Source: Candidatus Zambryskibacteria bacterium RIFCSPHIGHO2_02_FULL_43_14 (GTDB lineage Bacteria; Patescibacteriota; Minisyncoccia; Phycocordibacterales; Zambryskibacteraceae). From it: a DNA stretch of 55,980 nt. A model generated the notes under the pieces. It worked only from the letters and a program-made list of their open reading frames with translations, was not told the origin of the DNA and made no database searches. Positions 24,744 through 33,700 of this stretch are shown here, one piece after another; the stretch's first letter is position 1; every line of letters starts with the position of its first letter. The translations under genes and the position numbers were made by a program. The DNA lies in NCBI GenBank assembly GCA_001825315.1, contig MHVR01000023.1, forward strand, positions 1 through 55,980, given 5' to 3'.

Positions 24744-24772
24744 TTGACAAATAATATCCATTTGTATATACT
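24744..24772 (+). promoter_or_regulatory. sigma70-type promoter TTGACA-N17-TATACT, probably giving a leaderless TA mRNA
   Basis: -35 at 24744-24749, -10 at 24767-24772. ATG 24780 lies 7 nt after the -10 and has no SD. Confidence 0.6.
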
Positions 24773-24779
24773 TTAGAAT

Positions 24780-25007
24780 ATGGACACGACAATGTTAGTA
24801 AAGACTAAAAAGGAATTAAAAACTAAGGCTCAAGCGCTTGCCAAAGATCTCGGGCTTTCTTTGACTGATGTTGTAAATGCCTCACTCCGTCAGTTTGTTG
24901 TTAACCAAGGTATTACTATCTCTAAACTTCCGACAGAAACACTCAATGTGTATACCAATAAAAAAGAGATTATGCTGGCATACAAAGAATCACTCAAAGA
25001 GTTTTAG
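24780..25007 (+). CDS. RelB/DinJ-like type II antitoxin
   Basis: 75 aa. VKTKKELKTKAQALAKDLGLSLTDVVNASLRQFV is the DinJ/RelB RHH pattern. Confidence 0.7.
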   Translation: MDTTMLVKTKKELKTKAQALAKDLGLSLTDVVNASLRQFVVNQGITISKLPTETLNVYTNKKEIMLAYKESLKEF

Positions 25008-25010
25008 GAT

Positions 25011-25280
25011 ATGGTTGTTCTCAAGACAAAGCACTATATAAAAAGTATCTGCACTTTGTCTAAAAAGGATCGTAAGTTAGCGACCTCTCAAGAACAACTT
25101 TTAGTAGAAGATGTTTTTCATTCAAAACTACATACTAAAAAGTTAAAAGGTTTCCCGGGTAGTGATAAAGTTTATTCTTTCAGAATTACTCGCGCATACC
25201 GAGGCATTTTCCGCTTATCGGGCGAGAATATTATCTTGTTCGCAATTGGTCACCGTAAAGATATCTATCAATCTTTCTAA
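25011..25280 (+). CDS. RelE/YafQ-like type II toxin
   Basis: 89 aa. HTKKLKGFPGSDKVYSFRITRAYRGIFRLSGENIILFAIGHRKDIY. Confidence 0.75.
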   Translation: MVVLKTKHYIKSICTLSKKDRKLATSQEQLLVEDVFHSKLHTKKLKGFPGSDKVYSFRITRAYRGIFRLSGENIILFAIGHRKDIYQSF

Positions 25281-25286
25281 AACCAT

Positions 25287-25772
25287 TTATTTCTCCAGTA
25301 TTAGATAAGAATATTTCAGTCCCTCAAATTCACCGGATTCCTTTGAAATCTTTTTTGTAAATATATTTGAATATTCCGGGAAAAAAGCATCACCGTCTAC
25401 ATCCATCTCTACCTTTGTCACATATAATCTATCTGCCAAAGATAAGGTCTCTTTATAAATCTCTGCTCCGCCAATAATAAAAACTTCTTCTTGGTCAAAC
25501 TCTTGAGCCCTCTTAATCGCTTCAACTGCGGAGTGAACCACTATGCATCCGGGGATTTCTAAATTTATATCTCTGGTGACCACAATATTTGTTCTGCTGG
25601 GAAGTGGTCTGCCTATAGATTGATAAGTTTTTCTACCCATAATTATGGGGTGACCAGTGGTCAATTTTTTGAATCTTTTGAGGTCTTCCGGTAGACGCCA
25701 AGGCAAATTATTAGTTTTACCTATGACCATATTTCTTGAATGTGCCACTATAATGCTAATGTGTGGTAACAT
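25287..25772 (-). CDS. folA: dihydrofolate reductase
   Basis: 161 aa. ISIIVA...N.VIGK.N.LPWRLPEDLKRFKKLT.GHPIIMGRKTY.SIG.PLP.R.NIV. Confidence 0.92.
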   Translation of the reverse strand: MLPHISIIVAHSRNMVIGKTNNLPWRLPEDLKRFKKLTTGHPIIMGRKTYQSIGRPLPSRTNIVVTRDINLEIPGCIVVHSAVEAIKRAQEFDQEEVFIIGGAEIYKETLSLADRLYVTKVEMDVDGDAFFPEYSNIFTKKISKESGEFEGLKYSYLILEK

Positions 25773-25785
25773 AATCCCATCAATT

Positions 25786-26454
25786 ATGTCTCAATACGAA
25801 ATTGAAATCAAAAGTCTCCTAGGTAGCTTCGAAAGAGCTCGTAAATTGAAGGAGAAGATTAAAGAAAAAGGCGGCGAATTTGTAAGAAGCAACAACCAGC
25901 TTAACCACTATTTTATCCTCAACGATGTCAACAAGTTTAAAGAAAAATTTAATTCACATCTCTTTGGAGAAGATAAAGTTAAATTCAATAATATTATAGA
26001 AGAGGGGAGTAACTTTTCAGTTCGCACCAGAGATACGGATGGTAAAGTTCTCCTAGTCATCAAGGCATCCATTGATAACGACACAAGCGCTAACGGCGTA
26101 TCTCGTATAGAGTTTGAGTCCGAAATGAAAATAACATTAAATGAATTAGACAAACTTCTCCTAGATGCCGGTCTTGAGTATCAAGCTAAATGGTCTCGCG
26201 AGAGGGAAGAATATAAGTTAGACGATATCAATGTGTGTCTCGATAAGAACGCGGGCTACGGGTATCTGGCCGAATTTGAAAAAGTGGTTCCGGATAAATT
26301 CGTGACAGAATCAGTCAAGGAAGAGCTCCTAAAAATTATGAAGAGCTTCGGGGTGGAAGAACTGCCGCAGGATAGACTAGAAAGAATGTTTGCTCACTAT
26401 AATAGTAATTGGAGAGATTATTACGGGACAGAAAAAATATTTAACATAGACTAA
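25786..26454 (+). CDS. CYTH-domain protein (class IV adenylate cyclase / triphosphatase-like)
   Basis: Track ORF 25657-26454 trimmed to ATG 25786; the extension overlaps folA antisense. YEIEIK (ExExK) at the N-terminus, later SVRTR, IEFE and LAEFEK acidic strands. Confidence 0.7.
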   Translation: MSQYEIEIKSLLGSFERARKLKEKIKEKGGEFVRSNNQLNHYFILNDVNKFKEKFNSHLFGEDKVKFNNIIEEGSNFSVRTRDTDGKVLLVIKASIDNDTSANGVSRIEFESEMKITLNELDKLLLDAGLEYQAKWSREREEYKLDDINVCLDKNAGYGYLAEFEKVVPDKFVTESVKEELLKIMKSFGVEELPQDRLERMFAHYNSNWRDYYGTEKIFNID

Positions 26455-26455
26455 T

Positions 26456-27031
26456 ATGTTTTTATCTGATATTGATATAAAAAAAGCGGTTAAAGCTGGG
26501 GACATAATTATCTCCGACTTTGATCAAAAACGACTTCAACCGGCAAGCTATGATATTCTATTGGGGAATAAGTTCATGTTAACGGAATCTCACGGTATAG
26601 ATGCCATAGATCCGGTTAAGAAAAAATTTGCAAAGACCAAAGACATAATATTGAAGAAAGGCGAGACCTTCGTTTTGCATCCTGGAGTAAGTATTTTGGG
26701 TATCTCAATTGACTACTTTGGTTCCGAGAAGTACGTGATACAACTGCATGGCAAATCAAGTTTGGCCCGTATTGGGCTTATGGTGCACAATACTGCTGGA
26801 TTGATTAACCCGGGGCACTTCCTATGTATCACCTTTGAACTCTGTAATCTCAATGAGGTTCCCATCATCCTTACCCCCGGGATGCCTGTGGGTCAACTGA
26901 CTTTCTCCAAAATGGTGACTGCGCCAGAGAAAAATTATAAGAAAATCAATAAATATGTGAACGACAAGTGGAAAATTGAGACACCGCCTAAAAATATTTT
27001 ACGTAAAGTTAAGAAAGCCAAGAAAAAATGA
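26456..27031 (+). CDS. dcd: dCTP deaminase
   Basis: 191 aa. LQPASYDILLG, GKSSLARIGL, NPGH.G..T.E. pattern. Confidence 0.88.
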   Translation: MFLSDIDIKKAVKAGDIIISDFDQKRLQPASYDILLGNKFMLTESHGIDAIDPVKKKFAKTKDIILKKGETFVLHPGVSILGISIDYFGSEKYVIQLHGKSSLARIGLMVHNTAGLINPGHFLCITFELCNLNEVPIILTPGMPVGQLTFSKMVTAPEKNYKKINKYVNDKWKIETPPKNILRKVKKAKKK

Positions 27032-27032
27032 C

Positions 27033-27998
27033 ATGAACGATAAAAGTCATCCAGAGTATCAGTATCTAAATCTTCTCCAAGACATTTTAGATCATGGAGT
27101 ATTGAAGAAAGACCACAATACTGGCAATGGGTTAATTAGTGTTTTTGGCAGGCAGTGTCGATACGATCTTTCGAAAGGATTCCCACTGCTTACTACTAAA
27201 AAAATGGCTTGGAATAGTATTCTCACTGAACTGGCATGGTTCATCACTGGGCAAACTAATATCAAGTACCTTGTCGATCGGGGGTGTCCTATCTGGAATG
27301 ATTATCCATATAAAATTTATAAGAAGAAATCAGATGAAGGCAAATTTCCTCAGCTCACACTAGAAAAATTTGTGGAAAAAATAAAAACTGACGGAGAGTT
27401 TGCCAAAGCTCACGGCGAGTTGCCTCGTATTTATGGAGAACAGTGGCGCGCATGGCCGGCAAGTGACGGTAGGAAAATAGACCAGCTGGCGTGGGTAGTG
27501 GATACGCTTAAAAATTTTCCAGAAAGAAAACATGCCGTGATGTCCGTATGGAACCCTCAATTCTTGTATGCAATGGCAAAACCAGGAGAGGCACTTTCTT
27601 TCCCACTGTGTCATATATTGTTGCATTTCAACGTGGCCAACGGAAAGCTTTCTTGTCTCCTATATCAGAGAAGCTGTGACACATTTCTTGGAGTACCATT
27701 CAACATTGCAAGTTATGCGGCCCTCACCATGATCATTGCTAAAATTTGCGGATATGAACCAGGTGAATTTGTCCATACCCTAGGTGATGTTCACATCTAC
27801 GAAGATCATATCGAGCAAGTAAAAGAGCAATTAACTCGAGACCCTAAACCATTCTGTAGATTGATACTTAGTGATGAGGTTAAGGATCTGGATAACTTTG
27901 CACCTGAAATGGTACAGCTCGATGGATATGAATCGCATCCTCCTCTTCGAGCAAAAATGACAGTTGCGGGTGGCTTCGATGAAAAAGATAGAAAATAA
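27033..27998 (+). CDS. thyA: thymidylate synthase (ThyA)
   Basis: Track ORF trimmed to ATG 27033. EYQYLNLLQDIL..G, PLLTTKK, YGEQWR, LPLCHILLHF, YQRSCD.FLGVPFNIASYA. Confidence 0.93.
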   Translation: MNDKSHPEYQYLNLLQDILDHGVLKKDHNTGNGLISVFGRQCRYDLSKGFPLLTTKKMAWNSILTELAWFITGQTNIKYLVDRGCPIWNDYPYKIYKKKSDEGKFPQLTLEKFVEKIKTDGEFAKAHGELPRIYGEQWRAWPASDGRKIDQLAWVVDTLKNFPERKHAVMSVWNPQFLYAMAKPGEALSFPLCHILLHFNVANGKLSCLLYQRSCDTFLGVPFNIASYAALTMIIAKICGYEPGEFVHTLGDVHIYEDHIEQVKEQLTRDPKPFCRLILSDEVKDLDNFAPEMVQLDGYESHPPLRAKMTVAGGFDEKDRK

Positions 27999-29171
27999 AT
28001 GAAAGACAAAGAAATTCAGAAACTCATAGAACAGGAGAAAAAACGCCAGAAAAGCGTTATAAACTTGATTGCGTCTGAAAATTATGTCTCGCAAGATGTA
28101 TTGGAAGCACTTGGTTCGGAATTAACTAATAAATATGCAGAAGGATATGCGGGACATCGTTACTATGGCGGTAATGAAGTTTCTGACAAGATTGAAAGTT
28201 TGTGCAAAACACGCGCCTTAAAACTCTTTAAACTCTCTCCGAAGAAATGGGCGGTAAACGTTCAAGCCTTGTCTGGTTCGCCCGCAAATCTCGCTGTTTA
28301 TCTTGGATTGGTACCGCTTGGTGGAATTATTATGGGCATGTCACTAACAGACGGTGGGCACTTAACGCATGGATATAAAGTATCTGCGACAGGAAAGTTC
28401 TGGAAAGCAGTCCAGTATGGAGTCGATCCCAAAACAGAGAGAATCGATTATAGGGCGGTAAAAAAATTGGCAAAGAAAGAAAAACCGAATATTATCATTG
28501 CCGGTTTTACCGCTTATCCGAGAAATATTGATTTCAAGAAATTCAGGGAAATTGCCGATGCTTGCGGGGCGTACTTAATGGTGGATATGTCACATACTGC
28601 TGGACTTGTCGCCGGAGGTGCGTGTTCATCGCCGTTTTCGTATGCTGATGTGGTGACTACCACTACACATAAGACTTTGCGTGGACCGAGAAGCGCTCTC
28701 ATTTTTTCGAGAATGGATAAGCGAGAGCTAAATAAGAAGATAGATAAAGCGATTTTTCCTGGACTTCAAGGCGGTCCGCATCTCAATCAAATCGCTTCGG
28801 CCGCCGTAGCCTTGGCGGAGGCGGCCAGGCCAGATTTCAAAATATATGCAAAGCAAATTATAAAAAATACAAAAACTCTGGCAGATGAACTTAAAAAGCT
28901 TGGTTGGAGAATTGTGTCTGGGGGAACTGACACTCATCTTGCCCTAGTTGATACTTGGATGAATGGAAAGGGTATCTCTGGCAAAGAAGCGAGTGACAGG
29001 CTAGAAAAAGCTGGAATTATCGTCAATAAAAATACTATACCAAGAGAGACCAGAAGTCCTATGGACCCGTCCGGTATTCGTATTGGCACGGCGGCGGAAA
29101 CTACGCGGGGAAAGAAAGAAAAGGATATGAAGTTAATCGCTCGCAAGATTGATGTTATTCTTAAGAGGTGA
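27999..29171 (+). CDS. glyA: serine hydroxymethyltransferase
   Basis: 390 aa. LIASENYVS, NKYAEGY.G.RYYGG, TTTTHKTLRGPR. Confidence 0.93.
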   Translation: MKDKEIQKLIEQEKKRQKSVINLIASENYVSQDVLEALGSELTNKYAEGYAGHRYYGGNEVSDKIESLCKTRALKLFKLSPKKWAVNVQALSGSPANLAVYLGLVPLGGIIMGMSLTDGGHLTHGYKVSATGKFWKAVQYGVDPKTERIDYRAVKKLAKKEKPNIIIAGFTAYPRNIDFKKFREIADACGAYLMVDMSHTAGLVAGGACSSPFSYADVVTTTTHKTLRGPRSALIFSRMDKRELNKKIDKAIFPGLQGGPHLNQIASAAVALAEAARPDFKIYAKQIIKNTKTLADELKKLGWRIVSGGTDTHLALVDTWMNGKGISGKEASDRLEKAGIIVNKNTIPRETRSPMDPSGIRIGTAAETTRGKKEKDMKLIARKIDVILKR

Positions 29172-30751
29172 AAGAGAATATAGAAAAACTGATAAAAGAA
29201 GCTCTTAAGTCCGTGGATTTGGAGGCGGGGGCTTTTGTGGTGGAGCACCCGACAGATTTAAAGATGGGAGACTACTCTACTAACGTAGGTATTAAGACTG
29301 GCAAAGCCAAAGAAATTATTACCCACTTGGAGGCTGAGCCTCCAAGTGGGGTAGAGAAGATGGAACTCGCGGGGCTGGGATTTATCAATTTTTACCTCTC
29401 GAAAAAATTTTTCAAGGAAAGTATTAATGAGATTATTGAAAAGGGAGAAGATTTTGGCAGAAATGAAAATCTGAAAGGAGAGAAAACTATTATTGAATAC
29501 ACGGATCCAAATCCGTTCAAAGAGTTTCATATTGGTCATCTCATGAGTAATACTATTGGTGAAGCAGTTTCGCGAATTGTGGAATGGAATGGATCAGAGA
29601 CTAGACGAGCATGCTATCAAGGGGATGTGGGTATCCATGTGGCGAAAGCTGTTTGGGGAATTCTAAAAGGCGAGGAAAATCCTTATCCCGCCGGAGCTAA
29701 AGCTTATGAAGAAGATGAAACGGCAAAAAAAGAAATTAAAGAAATAAATAAGAAGATATATGAAAGAAGTGATGAAAAAATAAATGAGATTTATGATTCT
29801 GGTAAAAAAGATAGTTTGAAAAAATTTGACGTTATTTATAACAAACTTGGCACCAAATTTGACCTCATGTTCTTCGAGAGTGAGTCGGGTACTTTCGGGC
29901 AAAGGGTGGTAGAAGAAAATATCGGCAAAGTCTTTGAGAAAAGTGATGGAGCCATAATCTTTCGTGCGGAGAAGTATAATCCTCGTCTGCATACGCGCGT
30001 TTTCATAAATTCTGAAGGATTGCCAACTTATGAGGCAAAAGAGCTTGGCATAGCAAAGATAAAATCAGAGAAATATTTATATGGTCGATCAATTGTTATT
30101 ACGGGCAATGAAGTCAATGAGTATTTCAAAGTGGTATTGGAAGCAATGAGACAAATATTTCCAGAATTGGCTGAAAAAACTACACACATTTCCCACGGCA
30201 TGTTGCGCTTGCCTTCGGGCAAAATGTCTTCGAGGACAGGGGATGTTATCACTGCCGAAGCGTTGATTGAGGAAGTCAAGAAAAAAGTTAAGGGCAATGA
30301 AGCGGTGGCAATTGGGGCTATAAAATACATGATTCTGCGTCAGGCTATAGGTAACGACATTGTATTTGATATAGAGAAATCTGTTTCTACAGAAGGTGAT
30401 TCAGGAGTTTATCTCCAGTACGCGTATGCGCGCACTAGTTCGTTACTAGAGAAAGCAAAGGTGTCAACCTGGCAGGTTGACACCTTGATGACGGGCCCTA
30501 CTCGAGAAATTGAAAGACTTTTGTACCGGTTTCCAGAAGTGGTAGAAAGAGCAGAGAAGGAATATGCGCCCCATTACATCACTACATATCTGACTGAACT
30601 TGCCAGTAGTTTCAACAATTTTTATGCGCATGAACAGATTATCGATATATCTCCAGAATCTCCATATCGTCTGGCTATCGCCAAAGCGTTTAATATAGTA
30701 ATGAAAAACGGTCTAACTATTCTTGGAATACCTGCCCCCGAAAGGATGTGA
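29168..30751 (+). CDS. argS: arginine--tRNA ligase (GTG start overlapping the glyA stop)
   Basis: 527 aa. EYTDPNPFKEFHIGH (HIGH), MSSRTG (KMSKS equivalent), C-terminal anticodon-binding region YAPHYITTYLTELASSFNNFY. Carries the in-frame palindrome at 30458-30486. Confidence 0.92.
   Translation: MKENIEKLIKEALKSVDLEAGAFVVEHPTDLKMGDYSTNVGIKTGKAKEIITHLEAEPPSGVEKMELAGLGFINFYLSKKFFKESINEIIEKGEDFGRNENLKGEKTIIEYTDPNPFKEFHIGHLMSNTIGEAVSRIVEWNGSETRRACYQGDVGIHVAKAVWGILKGEENPYPAGAKAYEEDETAKKEIKEINKKIYERSDEKINEIYDSGKKDSLKKFDVIYNKLGTKFDLMFFESESGTFGQRVVEENIGKVFEKSDGAIIFRAEKYNPRLHTRVFINSEGLPTYEAKELGIAKIKSEKYLYGRSIVITGNEVNEYFKVVLEAMRQIFPELAEKTTHISHGMLRLPSGKMSSRTGDVITAEALIEEVKKKVKGNEAVAIGAIKYMILRQAIGNDIVFDIEKSVSTEGDSGVYLQYAYARTSSLLEKAKVSTWQVDTLMTGPTREIERLLYRFPEVVERAEKEYAPHYITTYLTELASSFNNFYAHEQIIDISPESPYRLAIAKAFNIVMKNGLTILGIPAPERM
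30458..30486. repeat. 29-bp perfect palindrome AAGGTGTCAACCTG-G-CAGGTTGACACCTT inside argS
   Basis: Exact match of both half-sites to 24142-24184. Translated in frame as KVSTWQVDTL. Confidence 0.9.
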
Positions 30752-30784
30752 GTTCGGAGAAAAAAGTGTTAAAATAGCCAAAAT

Positions 30785-33700
30785 ATGGCAGAGAAGTCTG
30801 AACGAGCTCAAAGAGAGGAGAAAATTCTCCGATTCTGGAAAGATAACAAAATATTCGAGAAAAGTCTCGAAAAAGATTCTCCAAAAGGCGAGTTTGTATT
30901 TTATGACGGGCCGCCGTTTGCCACAGGTCTGCCTCATTACGGACATATCTTACCCGGGACAATAAAAGACGTGGTCCCGCGTTACAAGACAATGCAAGGT
31001 TTCCACGTATCTCGCCGATGGGGTTGGGATTGCCACGGTCTGCCGATTGAGAATTTAGTCGAAAAAGAACTGGGACTAGAAACTAAAAAGGATATTGAGA
31101 AGTTCGGTATCGCAGAATTTAACAGACGAGCACGAGCAAGTGTCTTAAGATTCGAAAAAGAGTGGAAAGAGATAATTCCTCGCACTGGCCGGTGGGTAAA
31201 CATGGACAACGCCTACAAAACTATGGACTCGGGTTATACCGAATCCGTCTGGTGGTCTTTCAAGAATTTGCATGACAAAGGATTAATCTATCAGGGCTTC
31301 AAGTCGATGCATCTATGCCCGCGATGCGAGACCACTCTCTCCAATTTTGAAGTTAATTTAGGCTACAAAGACATTACCGACCTCGCTGTTACCGTTGAAT
31401 TTGAGATTATCGGGCAGCCGAATACTTACTTGTTGGCCTGGACTACCACCCCTTGGACCTTGCCGGGAAATGTCGCTTTGGCAGTAAATCCCGAAATTAA
31501 ATATGCTGTGGTCGAGGGCGAGGTCAAAGGCAATACTTATATTCTTGCGCAGTCGCTAGTTGAAAAAGTGTTTGGAGAAAATCATAAAATCATTCGTACT
31601 TTTTCCGGCCGGGAACTCATTGGGGAAAAATATAAAACTCTCTTTGATTATTACCAGAGCGAAGGCCGGGTTTATGCCGCCGATTTTGTCAAAGCGGAGG
31701 AGGGAACGGGCATTGTCCATATCGCGCCGGCGTTTGGCGAAGATGACTACGAATTATCACTACGCGAAAAACTACCTTTTATTCAGCACGTTGGCACTGA
31801 CGGACGCTTTAAGCCGGAAGTGGCGGACTTTGCCGGAGAATTGGTCAAACCAAAGGATGACCACCAGGCTACTGATATTAAAATCATAAAATATTTAGCA
31901 AGTAAAAATCTACTGTTCGCGAAAGAGAAAATTATCCATAGCTACCCACACTGTTGGCGCTGTGATACTCCTCTGTTGAATTACGCGGCCTATTCTTGGT
32001 TTCTGAAAGTAACTGAAATTAAGGACAAACTGATCAAGAACAACCAAAAGGTGAAGTGGGTACCAGAAGATATTCGTGATGGGCGATTTGGAAAATGGCT
32101 CGAGGGTGTCCATGACTGGGCTATTTCCCGCTCACGTTTTTGGGGTACGCCACTGCCGGTCTGGCAAAATGCGGATGGTTCGAAGAGAATCGTAATCGAT
32201 TCTATTGATACGCTTAAAAAATATATAAAGACTAATGGCAACAAATACTTTGTGATGCGACATGGCGAGGCAATTGATAATGCCAAGCATATACTGGATC
32301 CAAAGGGCGACCCTAATAATCATCTGACCGAAAAAGGCAAGCAAGAGGCAATATTTGCATCGAAAGAGCTCAAGAGAAAAAGTATTGACATTATAATCAC
32401 TTCGCCATTTCTACGTACTAGAGAGACTGCTGAAGTAGTTAGACAAGAACTTGGTTTACCAGAAAGTGTTGTCGTGATTGATGATCGTTTGCATGAATTC
32501 AATGAATCTAATATGGAACTCGTGTCTAAACGCGTTGGAGAGTTTGTCTTTGAGATCGAAAGCCGCTATGTCAAAAAAAACATTCTCATCATTTCTCACG
32601 GTAGTCCTTTATGGGTTCTGCAGAAAATTGCTGCTTGGCAGTCGAGTAGTAATTTTGCAGAACAAGAAATGTTACATACCGCAGAAGTCCAAGAACTATC
32701 TTTTATACCCATGCCGCACAACGATGATTTTGAACTTGATCTGCATAGGCCTCATATCGACGGGATAGTCTTGGAGAAAAGTGGCGAAGAGTATCGCAGA
32801 GTTCCTGAAGTTTTTGATACCTGGTATGATTCCGGTTCAGTGCCATTTGCTTCGCGCGAAATAAAGGATTTCTCGCCAGCCGACTTTATCGCCGAAGGTT
32901 TGGACCAAACTCGCGGCTGGTTCTATACCATGGCGGTCTTGGGAACAGCACTTTTCAATAAATCGCCATATAAACAAGTGATAGTAAATGGGCTCATCTT
33001 GGCTGAGGACGGCAAGAAAATGTCTAAACGTCTAAAAAATTATCCAGAACTCACTTATGTATTGAATAAATACGGTGCTGACGCTCTGCGTTATTATCTA
33101 GTTTCATCATCAGCCGTACGTGCGGAGGATCTAGCTTTCTCAGAAAAAAGTTTAGATGAGATAGTTAAGAAAAATATTTCTCGCCTGGAAAATGTTATAG
33201 GTTTTTATGAACTATATGTGAATGAGATAAAAGTTCTTAAAAGTTCAAGAGGTCATATTTTAGACCACTGGATAGATGCATGTCTGATAAAATTAATCAA
33301 AGAAGTGACAGAAGGTTTGGAAAACTATGAATTAGATCGTGCCAGTCGACCTCTCGCAGATTTTGTGGATGATCTTTCTACATGGTACTTGCGCCGTTCG
33401 CGTACAAGACCAGAAGCTCTACCAAAACTACGAGAAGTTTTACTTCGAGTCGCCGTAATTATGGCGCCATTTATGCCTTTTTTGGCAGAGGATATTTATC
33501 AGCGCTTAAAATCTGAAAAAGATTTCGAAAGCGTACACTTTGAAGTTTGGCCTAGACCAGAGAAAGTTGATACAGAAATCTTGGCCAAGATGAGGGAAGT
33601 AAGGAAAATTGTTTCTCTTGCGCTCGAAGCTCGCTCGAGGGCTAATATCAAAGTTCGTCAGCCTTTAAATGAATTAAGAATAAAGAATAAAAAACTAGGC

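Noticed and set aside
25657-25785. Upstream extensions of track ORFs: 25657 for CYTH, 26976 for thyA, 2958 for the ParB-like gene, 23258 for secE.
   Set aside because: Each extension overlaps the neighbouring well-supported gene or lacks homology. Internal ATGs (25786, 27033, 3120, 23300) coincide with the start of recognisable family sequence.
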